A DNA stretch of 27,729 nt, taken from the IMG/VR virus record IMGVR_UViG_3300030330_001255; one strand, 5' to 3'. A program made the translations under genes and the position numbers. Shown here one piece after another: positions 1-8,790 of the stretch. The notes below the pieces were generated by a model that was not told the origin of the DNA, ran no database searches, and saw only the letters and a program-made list of their open reading frames with translations. Within the stretch, counting starts at the first letter, position 1, and every line of letters begins with the position of its first letter. Source of the stretch: an uncultured virus (IMG/VR IMGVR_UViG_3300030330_001255) (taxonomy: Duplodnaviria; Heunggongvirae; Uroviricota; Caudoviricetes).

Positions 1-1
1 T

Positions 2-325
2 GCTAATTTTTGGGTTGTAGCACCAACTCCTGATCAAACTTATCAGATAACATTGGCTTATGTAAAGCAACCAGAGAGTTTAACAACTAAAACATCTGGA
101 ACATATGTTTCAAATAAATACCAAGATTTGCTTTTATATGCTGCCCTAGTAGAAGCGTATGGGTACTTGAAAGGCCCCTCAGATATGTTACAATACTACG
201 AACAGTCTTATCAAAGAGCAATACAATCGTACGCGGTTGAGCAACAAGGCCGTAGACGCCGAGACGAATATAATGATGGTGTTATTCGTACTCCACTTAA
301 ATCAGAATCACCGTCTAAATATTAA
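2..325 (+). CDS. 5'-truncated phage head-tail adaptor / tail tubular protein A-like protein
   Basis: The frame is open from position 2 (ANFWVVAPTPDQTYQITLAY...), so the TTG at 53 is internal. The APTPD and LLLYAALVEAYGYLK motifs and the position before the tail genes fit a podovirus adaptor (recalled similarity). Confidence 0.7.
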   Translation, partial: ANFWVVAPTPDQTYQITLAYVKQPESLTTKTSGTYVSNKYQDLLLYAALVEAYGYLKGPSDMLQYYEQSYQRAIQSYAVEQQGRRRRDEYNDGVIRTPLKSESPSKY

Positions 326-336
326 GGAGATATAAC

Positions 337-789
337 ATGGCAAACATAGTACCTAATTCTTTCAAGTCTGGATTGTTAAAAGGAACTTTTAACTTCGACA
401 CTTCAGGTAATGGAGGAAATGAGTTTAAGTGTGCCTTATATACAGCTATCACAGGATACAGTATAACTTCTACTACTTTTCAAGCTGGAGTTGGTAATAA
501 TGAAGTAAACCCTTCAGGAACAGGTTATACTGCTGGTGGACTAGCTCTAACAAATACTGGAGTTGATGGAACAACCGCAACGTCTTTTACAGATTTTGGT
601 GATTTAACTTTTCCATCAGTTTCATTAACTGCTAGAGGAGCTGCAATATATAAGTCAACTGGTGGCGGAAATGAATTAGTTCTAGTGTTAGACTTTGGTG
701 GAAATAAAACGGCAACGAATGGTGATTTCGTCATTCAGTTTCCTTCAAATACTACATCAAGTGCTATTATTAGAATTGGCGACGCGTAA
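337..789 (+). CDS. Conserved virion structural (tail-associated) protein, 150 aa
   Basis: ATG preceded by AAGGAG. The motifs FKCALYT, NEV..SGTGYTAGG..L and LDFGGNKT..NG.F.IQFP are recalled from a widespread phage tail-region family. Confidence 0.75.
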   Translation: MANIVPNSFKSGLLKGTFNFDTSGNGGNEFKCALYTAITGYSITSTTFQAGVGNNEVNPSGTGYTAGGLALTNTGVDGTTATSFTDFGDLTFPSVSLTARGAAIYKSTGGGNELVLVLDFGGNKTATNGDFVIQFPSNTTSSAIIRIGDA

Positions 790-806
790 TATTAAGGATT
801 AAATAA

Positions 807-1262
807 ATGGCTTTTGTATTAAATGACAGAGTTAAACAGACAAGTACATCTACTGGAACTGCTACTATTAGTTTAACAGGAACAGAAGTTGGTTTCGAAA
901 CTTTTGTTGCAGGTATTGGTGACACTAATAATACTTTCTATTGTATTTCACATGATGGTACAGCTGATTTTGAAGTCGGTATTGGTACAGTAACTGATTC
1001 AGCTACTGATACACTTTCTAGAGATACCGTTATCTCCTCTTCAAATTCAGATAACAAAGTGAATTTTCAAGCAGGAACTAAAACTGTGTTTTGTACTTAT
1101 CCTGCAAAGAGAGCTCCGTCTGCAGCTATGACAGCCACAACTTACGTAACAACACACTCTTCTACTATTTCTGATGTTCAAACAATGGACTCAGGAGTTT
1201 TAGCGGGCCCTGTAACCGTATCAGGTACAGTAACAGTAACAGGTAATTTAGTAATTATATAA
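807..1262 (+). CDS. Short tail-fibre anchor protein, 151 aa
   Basis: N-terminal DRVKQTSTSTGT...EVGIGTV...TLSRDTVISSSN...VFCTYPA attachment domain, then a short beta-rich AGPVTVSGTVTVTGNLVII tail. AAGGA lies upstream. Confidence 0.7.
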   Translation: MAFVLNDRVKQTSTSTGTATISLTGTEVGFETFVAGIGDTNNTFYCISHDGTADFEVGIGTVTDSATDTLSRDTVISSSNSDNKVNFQAGTKTVFCTYPAKRAPSAAMTATTYVTTHSSTISDVQTMDSGVLAGPVTVSGTVTVTGNLVII

Positions 1263-2053
1263 TGAGTACAATAGAAGTAGATAAGATACAGCCACAATCA
1301 GGAACTAATTTACAAATTGGTGAAGCTGGCGATAGTTTAACATTTCAAAATAGTGTTATTCCAAACTCTGCTTTAGCAAACGGTCAAATTACAATTAATG
1401 GTGTATCTGTAAATTTAGGTGGATCAGCTACGATACCAACTGAAACACAACCTGTTATATCTAGTTTTACACCTACAGTTATTGATGCAGACGTTGGTGG
1501 TACTATAACTATTACAGGACAAAATTTTGCATCTATACCAAAAGTAGAATTACAAAGAGCAAACGGTGCATTTCAATCTGCAACATCGGTTACATTTACA
1601 AGTGCAACAACAATAAGTTTTACAACTGGCACAGCTGGTTTAACAAATGGACAAAACGTTAGAATTTTAGTTACAAACCCAGATGGTAATGCAGCTAGAA
1701 GTTCATCAGATTTAACAGTATCTGATGGCCCTGCATTTACAACGACATCGCTTCCTGACGGTTCAGCAGGCACATCTTATTCACAAAATATAGATGTAAC
1801 TGGAGACAGTGCTGTAACTATTTCACAATCAGTTGTATCTGGATCTTTACCGCCAGGAATAACTATTGGAACAACATCAAATCCATCAGGATCAACATAC
1901 AGAGCAGTAATATCAGGGACTTTACCAAGTCCTGCTAGTGAAACAACATATAGTTTTACTGTTAGAGCAACAGACGCTCAAGGACAAACAACTGACCAAG
2001 CCTTGTCAATTAAAGTAACTGTTGGTATACAAAACTCAGGAGGATTCTGTTAA
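1262..2053 (+). CDS. Cassette 1 gene A: fibre adaptor with IPT/TIG-like and putative Ig (He_PIG-like) domains
   Basis: MSTIEVDKI start, PVISSFTP...TITITGQNF (IPT/TIG-like) and SGSLPPGI...ISGT...YSFTVRATD (Ig-like). Paralogous to 4471-5304 and 7615-8790. Confidence 0.8.
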   Translation: MSTIEVDKIQPQSGTNLQIGEAGDSLTFQNSVIPNSALANGQITINGVSVNLGGSATIPTETQPVISSFTPTVIDADVGGTITITGQNFASIPKVELQRANGAFQSATSVTFTSATTISFTTGTAGLTNGQNVRILVTNPDGNAARSSSDLTVSDGPAFTTTSLPDGSAGTSYSQNIDVTGDSAVTISQSVVSGSLPPGITIGTTSNPSGSTYRAVISGTLPSPASETTYSFTVRATDAQGQTTDQALSIKVTVGIQNSGGFC

Positions 2054-3429
2054 TGGCTAGTGCAAGATTAGAAAAAGCATACACTGGAGCAAATGGAAAT
2101 ATGAAAAAATGGACTATTTCTGTTTGGATAAAAAGAGCTGGTTTAGATAGCACCCAATATATATTTGGAGCAGGTGAAAATAATAGTGCTGATGGTAAAA
2201 TAGCATTTAATTCTAGTAATCAATTGTATCTTCAAAATGATGGACACAATGGTTCAAACAATGCATTACAAAGAGATTTTGTTGATACAAATGCTTGGTA
2301 TCATATAGTTTGGAGAGCTGACACAGATGAATCAGCAAATGATGATAGATGGAAATTGTATATTAACGGTGAGTTACAGGCTGCTAGTAAATATGGTTCA
2401 CCATCTATTTCAAGTGGTGGTGCTGGTCAAATAGGAAAATGGGCTAGTCAAGACCATTGGGTAGGAGACAATCCTAGATCTCAACAATCAGGAAGCTCTC
2501 ATCATTATTTTGATGGTCAAATGGCTCATTTTCATTATTGTGATGGTTATGCTTATGACGCTTCTTCATTTGGAGAGTCAGACAGTAATGGTGTTTGGAA
2601 ACCTAAACTAACTCCAACAGTTACATATGGTACAAATGGTTTCTTTTTAAAATTTGATAATGATTCTAACATGGGATTAGATTCAAGTAATAATACAAAT
2701 AATCTAACAACAAGCGGAACTATTATACAAAATAAAGATACACCATCAAATGTGTATTGTGTTTTAAATACAAATGATAAAAGATTTGATGATACAACTT
2801 TAACAAATTTAAATCTTACTGTTAGTGGTGGAAGAATAAGCACTGGTTTTGATATGATAAGAGGAAACCTTGGTGCAGATAGTGGTAAGTGGTATTTTGA
2901 AATGAAAGCCGCAGATAATGCAGAAATTGATCAAGTTGGTATAGGTATTTTAAATAATATATCTATGCAAAATAATGGTGCAAGCGGTTTTAATGGAGCC
3001 TTGCAAGGATATGGAGTACAAATGTCAAACGGATATAAAGTAGGTGTTAGTCAATCTGGTGCTGCTTATATGGGTGGATTTACCACGAATGATATTTGTA
3101 TGATAGCAGTAGATTTAGAGAATGATAAAATTACTTTTGGTAGAAACGGACAATGGGCAAACGGAAGTGGTGGAGCTGATCAAACATATGCTAATTCCAC
3201 AGCAGCATTTACAGGTTTAAATGATATAAGAGGATATATTCCAATGTTTGCTAACAGGAACTCAGGTAATAATAATACAGGTATTATGCATTTTAATTTT
3301 GGTAACGGATATTTTGGGACAACAAAAATAACTTCAGCAGGATCTAATGGAAATGGATCTTTGTTTGAATATGATGTCCCAACAGGATTTTATGCATGGA
3401 ATACTAGTAACTTAAGGAATCACTCATAA
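2053..3429 (+). CDS. Cassette 1 gene B: LamG/concanavalin A-like plus SPRY-like putative receptor-binding protein
   Basis: WTISVWIKR, AWYHIV, LYING, FDGQM (LamG-like); YGTNGFFLKF linker; SGKWYFE, MIAVDL, FNFG (SPRY-like). Confidence 0.85.
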   Translation: MASARLEKAYTGANGNMKKWTISVWIKRAGLDSTQYIFGAGENNSADGKIAFNSSNQLYLQNDGHNGSNNALQRDFVDTNAWYHIVWRADTDESANDDRWKLYINGELQAASKYGSPSISSGGAGQIGKWASQDHWVGDNPRSQQSGSSHHYFDGQMAHFHYCDGYAYDASSFGESDSNGVWKPKLTPTVTYGTNGFFLKFDNDSNMGLDSSNNTNNLTTSGTIIQNKDTPSNVYCVLNTNDKRFDDTTLTNLNLTVSGGRISTGFDMIRGNLGADSGKWYFEMKAADNAEIDQVGIGILNNISMQNNGASGFNGALQGYGVQMSNGYKVGVSQSGAAYMGGFTTNDICMIAVDLENDKITFGRNGQWANGSGGADQTYANSTAAFTGLNDIRGYIPMFANRNSGNNNTGIMHFNFGNGYFGTTKITSAGSNGNGSLFEYDVPTGFYAWNTSNLRNHS

Positions 3430-4469
3430 TGGCAGCTTTTACTACTATAAAAAAATCAATTGATCACTTTGATCAAAAATTTGTTACTGGAAATGGTGGT
3501 ACACAAAATGTAACTGGTTTAAGTTTCGCACCAGATTTGGTTTGGACGAAATCTACAACTGGAACTTTTGTTCACACAACAATGGATAAAGTAAGAGGCG
3601 GAACAAAAACTATGACAGTAAGTGCTCAAGATGCAGAAAACACTGACGCAAACGCTATAACAGCTTTTAATTCAGATGGTGTTTCTGTTGGTAATAGTGG
3701 AATTACAAACGCAAGTGGACAAACATATATTTATTGGAATTGGAAAGCAGGAGGATCAGGATCTGCAAATACCTCTGGAACATTAAACACTACAGCTACT
3801 TCAGCTAATGCCACTGCTGGTTTTAGTATAATATCCTATACTGGAGATGGAACGGGTGGCAGAACGATAGGACATGGACTAGGACAAAAACCTAGATTAG
3901 CATGGGTTAAAAATAGAGAGGCTAGTGAAGGTCAATGGTGGTTTATAGATGAAACAGGAGATGGAACTTCTGATCAAAGAGTAAATTCTGCAAATCAAAA
4001 TGCAGGTTCTAATACTAACATGATGACTTTTAATACTAACACAATAACATTACCTTCATCTTCAGATGCTGCTTGGAGTGGTAATGGAACTACTTACATT
4101 ATGTATTGTTGGGCTCCAATAAGAGGATATTCTGCTTTTGGAAAATATCAAGGAAATGGTAATGCAAATGGGCCTTTTGTATACACTGGTTTTAAACCTG
4201 CATGGCTGTTAGTAAAAAATTTAGGTGTTCAAGAAGTATGGCCTATGTGGGATAACAAAAGGGATACTGCAAACCCTAATGAACAAGTGTTATTTACAAA
4301 TTCATCTGCAGCTGACACTACATATTCAAGTAGATCGGTAGACTTTCTTTCAAACGGTTTTAAAATTAGAGGAACAGATCCAAGTGTAAATAACAACACA
4401 AGTGATATAATGTACATGGCTTTTGCAGAGGAGCCGTTAATAGGAGATAATCCAGCGACAGCGAGATAA
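3429..4469 (+). CDS. Cassette 1 gene C: tail-associated protein with three (Y)TGNG/PxxVWxK repeat domains
   Basis: VTGNG..FAPDLVWTK, GFSIISYTGDG..GHGLG..P, FGKYQGNG..GFKPAW, DFLSNGFKIR, YMAFAE. Family recalled as DUF7483-like (unverified). Confidence 0.8.
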   Translation: MAAFTTIKKSIDHFDQKFVTGNGGTQNVTGLSFAPDLVWTKSTTGTFVHTTMDKVRGGTKTMTVSAQDAENTDANAITAFNSDGVSVGNSGITNASGQTYIYWNWKAGGSGSANTSGTLNTTATSANATAGFSIISYTGDGTGGRTIGHGLGQKPRLAWVKNREASEGQWWFIDETGDGTSDQRVNSANQNAGSNTNMMTFNTNTITLPSSSDAAWSGNGTTYIMYCWAPIRGYSAFGKYQGNGNANGPFVYTGFKPAWLLVKNLGVQEVWPMWDNKRDTANPNEQVLFTNSSAADTTYSSRSVDFLSNGFKIRGTDPSVNNNTSDIMYMAFAEEPLIGDNPATAR

Positions 4470-4470
4470 T

Positions 4471-5304
4471 ATGAGTGAAGTAAAAGTAAATAAGATAAGT
4501 CCACGATCAGGGACAAACGTACAGCTAGGAGATAGTGGTGATACTATTACTGTACCTAGTGGTGCAACTTTAACTTTACCTTCAGCTAATATTGCAAACT
4601 CTGCATTACAGGGTGCAGGACAAATTACAATCAATGGTCAAGCAGTAGCTCTTGGTGGATCAGTAACCATATCTACAATCGCTAGACCAACTTATAACTC
4701 AGGCCAAAGTTTTACAATTCCACCAACTACAAATACTTCTATAACTATTGCAGGAACTAATTTTCAATCTGTGCCTATTGTTGAAGCAATAAATAATTCA
4801 ACAGGTGCAATTACAAGAGCGGTAACTGTATCTTTTTCAAATTCAACTTCTATTGCAGTTGTGTTTAATTTAGCTGCAGGATCGTATTTTATTAGAATTG
4901 AAAACAATGATGGTGGTGCTGTAAGATCTACAAATGCAGATTTAACAGTGTCTACTTCACCATCTTGGTCTACATCAGCAGGATCACTTGGTACGTTTTC
5001 TGCAGGGTCAACTATCTCTGGATTGAATGTTCAAGCGTCTTCTGATAGTAATGTAACAATAACTGAAACAACGTCGGTGTTGACGTCAAACTCAAATACG
5101 CCAGCAACGACTATGAATTTAACATTGTCTGGATCTCCAGCAAGCAGTGCAACATATACAATAAGTGGTACGGCACCATCGCCTACAAGTGCTCAAACGT
5201 ACAACTTTACATTAAGAGCAACTGATGCTGAAGGACAAACTGCTGACAGAGCATTTAGTATCACAATATCTGTTGGTGCAACAGGAGGTGCAAGATTTAA
5301 CTAA
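4471..5304 (+). CDS. Cassette 2 gene A: fibre adaptor with Ig-like domains
   Basis: MSEVKVNKI start, GQITING shared with A1, ITIAGTNF, YNFTLRATDAEGQTADRAFSIT, ends GGARFN. Confidence 0.8.
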   Translation: MSEVKVNKISPRSGTNVQLGDSGDTITVPSGATLTLPSANIANSALQGAGQITINGQAVALGGSVTISTIARPTYNSGQSFTIPPTTNTSITIAGTNFQSVPIVEAINNSTGAITRAVTVSFSNSTSIAVVFNLAAGSYFIRIENNDGGAVRSTNADLTVSTSPSWSTSAGSLGTFSAGSTISGLNVQASSDSNVTITETTSVLTSNSNTPATTMNLTLSGSPASSATYTISGTAPSPTSAQTYNFTLRATDAEGQTADRAFSITISVGATGGARFN

Positions 5305-6584
5305 TGCCTAATACTACTTTAAAAAGAACTTTTACTACAGATCATGGTAATGTTTATAAATGGACATACTCTTTTTGGGTAAAAAGATGTTCTTTAGGAT
5401 CAAATCAGTGCATGATAGGTGTAAGACATAGTGGCGATTATACTGCTCAAATTAAATTTACTACTAACGATCAATTAGAAGTTCATGATTACAGAACCTC
5501 TTATAAATTACAAAAAAAGACAAATAGAAGATTTAGAGACCTTAATGCTTGGTATCATATCGTTGTTTCAAATGACAACTCAGTAAGTTCACCAGATACT
5601 AAAATTTATGTTAATGGTGTTGAAGAAACTTCTTTCGCTACTGATAATGAATATTCTCAAAATGATAAAAATTCATTTAATGATGATTATCCAAATTACA
5701 TAGGTGAAAAAGGTACAGGTGATCAATTTGATGGCTTGATGTCACATCTTTATTTTATAGATGGAACAGCTTTAACTGCCTCAACTTTTGGTGAAACAGA
5801 TGCAACTACGGGCATATGGAAAATTAAAACTGATCCAACAATATCATCTTATGGAACTAATGGATTTTTAATTTTAAAAGATGGTAATACAATTACAGAT
5901 CAATCTCCTAATTCTAATGATTTCGCTCTTGATAGCGGCACACTTACTGCTACACAAGACTGTCCAAGTAACGTATTTTGTACTTGGAATCCTCTTGCAG
6001 TTGCATCTTATGCACCAACATTTTCTAATGGAAATACTACAATAACGTCGGGAGGTAATAGTTGGTACGAACCTATGGCAACTTTAGGTTTTTCTAGCGG
6101 TAAATTTTATTGGGAGGCTAAACACTTAAACAATCAATATACATTTATAGGTGTTGTGGATTCTAAACACAAAAGCTACGCATCAAATTCTCATGCTTTT
6201 ACAACAGGAGTAACAATTTATAGAAATGATGATGGCGGAGAAATGATTAAAGATAATGTTTACACAACAAACGATTATGGAACTTTTAATAGTGACTCTG
6301 ATGTTATGGGAATTGCTTGTGATATGGATAACAAAACAATTTCCATATATAAAAATGGTTCAGCAATAGTTTCTAATTTTGCATTAAGTACAAAAATTGA
6401 AACTGCAATACCTTATGCTAGCTTATATCAAGCAAATAACTTGGTCGAATTTAATTTTGGTGATGGAATATTTGCAACATCGGCAGTATCTAGCGCTGGA
6501 GCTAATGCAAGTGGTAATGGAATATTTGAATATGACGTGCCTTCAGGGTATACTGCTTTATCAACAAAGGGGTTGAATTTATAA
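5304..6584 (+). CDS. Cassette 2 gene B: LamG/ConA plus SPRY-like protein
   Basis: WTYSFWVKR, FRDLNAWYHIV, IYVNG, YGTNGF, SSGKFYWE, FEYDVPSGY. Confidence 0.85.
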   Translation: MPNTTLKRTFTTDHGNVYKWTYSFWVKRCSLGSNQCMIGVRHSGDYTAQIKFTTNDQLEVHDYRTSYKLQKKTNRRFRDLNAWYHIVVSNDNSVSSPDTKIYVNGVEETSFATDNEYSQNDKNSFNDDYPNYIGEKGTGDQFDGLMSHLYFIDGTALTASTFGETDATTGIWKIKTDPTISSYGTNGFLILKDGNTITDQSPNSNDFALDSGTLTATQDCPSNVFCTWNPLAVASYAPTFSNGNTTITSGGNSWYEPMATLGFSSGKFYWEAKHLNNQYTFIGVVDSKHKSYASNSHAFTTGVTIYRNDDGGEMIKDNVYTTNDYGTFNSDSDVMGIACDMDNKTISIYKNGSAIVSNFALSTKIETAIPYASLYQANNLVEFNFGDGIFATSAVSSAGANASGNGIFEYDVPSGYTALSTKGLNL

Positions 6585-7612
6585 TGGCATACACAACAGT
6601 TAATAAATCTACAGATTATTTTAATACTAAACTTTATACAGGTAATGGCTCTACAAATAATATTACAGGAGTTGGTTTTCAACCTGATTGGGTATGGATA
6701 AAAAATAGAAGTAATACATCTTCACATAATACATTTGATGCTGTAAGGGGTGCAACAAAAGGACTATATACAAACGCAACAGATGCTGAAGAAACAGTTG
6801 CAAATAGGCTTTCAGCTTTTGGTACTGATGGATTTACAATTAATGGGGACACATCAAATCAAACAAATGCTTCTGGTAGTAATTTTGTTGCTTGGAACTG
6901 GAAAGCAGGTGGAGCGGGTTCATCAAACTCTGATGGAGATATAACTTCAACAGTTTCAGCAAACACAACGTCAGGATTTAGTATTGTTAAATGGACATCT
7001 AATGGTTCAAATAATAATACTGTTGGACATGGACTAGGTGTTGCACCAAAAATAGTTCTTTATAAAAGACTAGATGGTACTAATTCATGGACTTGGACAT
7101 ATAAATATGTTGATGATACATTAGATTATTTAGTACTTGATGGTAATAATGCTAAAGCAGATTTAACTTTTGGCACTTATGGTTTTACAACATCTTCAAC
7201 AATTAGTAATTTAGGTTTTGGAAATACTAATGAAATGGTAGCTTACTGCTTTGTAGAAAAAACAGGTTTCAGTAATTTTGGAAGTTACATTGGAAATGGT
7301 TACACTAATGGAACATTTGTTTATACAGGTTTTAAACCTGCGTTTGTTATAAATAAAAGAATTGATAGCACAGGAAATTGGATGCTTATTGATAACAAAA
7401 GAATTGGTTACAATCCTGCTCAAAGAGATTTAAGACCAAACTTAACTAATGTTGAAGGTAATGATGAGACTTTTGATTTTTTATCAAATGGTTTTAAAGT
7501 AAGAACAACATCAAATGATTTTGGTGGTGGTTCTGGTGCAACATATATCTACATGGCATTTGCAGAAGAACCATTGGTAGGAACTAACAACGTACCAGCA
7601 ACGGCAAGATAA
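6584..7612 (+). CDS. Cassette 2 gene C: YTGNG-repeat tail-associated protein
   Basis: YFNTKLYTGNG, GFQPDWVWIK, WNWKAGG, GHGLGVAP, DFLSNGFK, ends PATAR like C1 and C3. Confidence 0.8.
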   Translation: MAYTTVNKSTDYFNTKLYTGNGSTNNITGVGFQPDWVWIKNRSNTSSHNTFDAVRGATKGLYTNATDAEETVANRLSAFGTDGFTINGDTSNQTNASGSNFVAWNWKAGGAGSSNSDGDITSTVSANTTSGFSIVKWTSNGSNNNTVGHGLGVAPKIVLYKRLDGTNSWTWTYKYVDDTLDYLVLDGNNAKADLTFGTYGFTTSSTISNLGFGNTNEMVAYCFVEKTGFSNFGSYIGNGYTNGTFVYTGFKPAFVINKRIDSTGNWMLIDNKRIGYNPAQRDLRPNLTNVEGNDETFDFLSNGFKVRTTSNDFGGGSGATYIYMAFAEEPLVGTNNVPATAR

Positions 7613-7614
7613 TT

Positions 7615-8790
7615 ATGAGTTCGATTTTAAAAGTAGATACGATACAAGACCAACAAGGTAATCTGATTATCAGTAAAGATTCTGGTGGTGCGGGTTTTCA
7701 GGGTAAGTATTATTCTTCTACTGCTCCACTTGTATATGAAGTAAAGGTTGCAGCAAAAACAGCCGACTCACCATATTTTGGTGTCGGTAGTTCTCTTGGT
7801 TATTACATAAATAATATACAGACACCTATAATAGAATTAAAAGGACAGGATACTTCTAAACCATATTACTATAGATTTGATCAAAGTGATTCGTCAAACA
7901 GCGGCCACCCATTAAGATTTTATGTCGATGCTGCAAAAACTACAGAATACACAACTGGAGTAACTAACACAGGTAACTCACCTGCACCAGGAAACTCAGG
8001 AGCATACACACAGATAGCTGTTGATAAAACAACACCAAACGTTTTATTCTATCAATGTTCTAACCACGGTAACATGGGTAATTATGTATTACATAATTCA
8101 ACACATTTAAACACAGGTGTCTTTTTAAAAATGCCTGCAACCGATGGTACAAATGGACAGGCTTTAACTACCAATGGTTCAGGTGTTTTAAGTTTTGCTG
8201 ATGGTGTTACATTTCCAACTATATCTAGTATTAGTCCAGGTGTAATAGAAAATACACAAACAGCTGTAACAATTACAGGTACAAATTTTAAAGATAGTTC
8301 AACACCACCTTTTGTTGATGCAATCAATTCATCTACTGGTGCGATTGTTACTGCAGACTCAGTGTCATTTACAAATGCAACAACAGTTGTTGCAACGTTT
8401 ACAATATCAGTGGACGGCACATACTTTTTAAGATTAGAGAATAACGATGGTATTGCATGTAGATCTGGAACAGCTTTACTTACAGTATCTGATGCACCTG
8501 CATGGACAACTTCTGCAGGAAGTTTAGGAACAGTTGCAAATGGTGGAACTATCAACTTTACAGTAGCGGCTACAAATGCTACAAGTTTTGCAGTACAATC
8601 TGGAGCACTTCCAGGTGGTGCAAGTTTAAATACAAGTACTGGTGCAATCACTGGTACTGAATCAGGCTCAACGCAAACGACTACTTTTAACTTTACAATA
8701 AGAGCAACGGATGCGCAGGGTCAAACAGCAGATCGTGCGTTTAGTATTACTATATCTCACGGAGCAAGTGGAGGAGCACAGTTTAACTAA
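7615..8790 (+). CDS. Cassette 3 gene A: fibre adaptor with inserted cupredoxin-like domain, IPT/TIG-like and Ig-like domains
   Basis: MSSILKVDTI start, insert containing GHPLRF...YQCSNHGNMG, fibre motif DGTNGQALTTNGSGVLSF, PTISSISP, SGALPGG, ends GGAQFN. Confidence 0.8.
   Translation: MSSILKVDTIQDQQGNLIISKDSGGAGFQGKYYSSTAPLVYEVKVAAKTADSPYFGVGSSLGYYINNIQTPIIELKGQDTSKPYYYRFDQSDSSNSGHPLRFYVDAAKTTEYTTGVTNTGNSPAPGNSGAYTQIAVDKTTPNVLFYQCSNHGNMGNYVLHNSTHLNTGVFLKMPATDGTNGQALTTNGSGVLSFADGVTFPTISSISPGVIENTQTAVTITGTNFKDSSTPPFVDAINSSTGAIVTADSVSFTNATTVVATFTISVDGTYFLRLENNDGIACRSGTALLTVSDAPAWTTSAGSLGTVANGGTINFTVAATNATSFAVQSGALPGGASLNTSTGAITGTESGSTQTTTFNFTIRATDAQGQTADRAFSITISHGASGGAQFN

Noticed and set aside
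5290..5310. Programmed -1 frameshift fusing A to B (or B to C) at the TAATG junctions
   Set aside because: No conserved XXXYYYZ slippery heptamer. In cassettes 2 and 3 the B frame has a TAA two codons before the ATG, which would stop a shifted ribosome.
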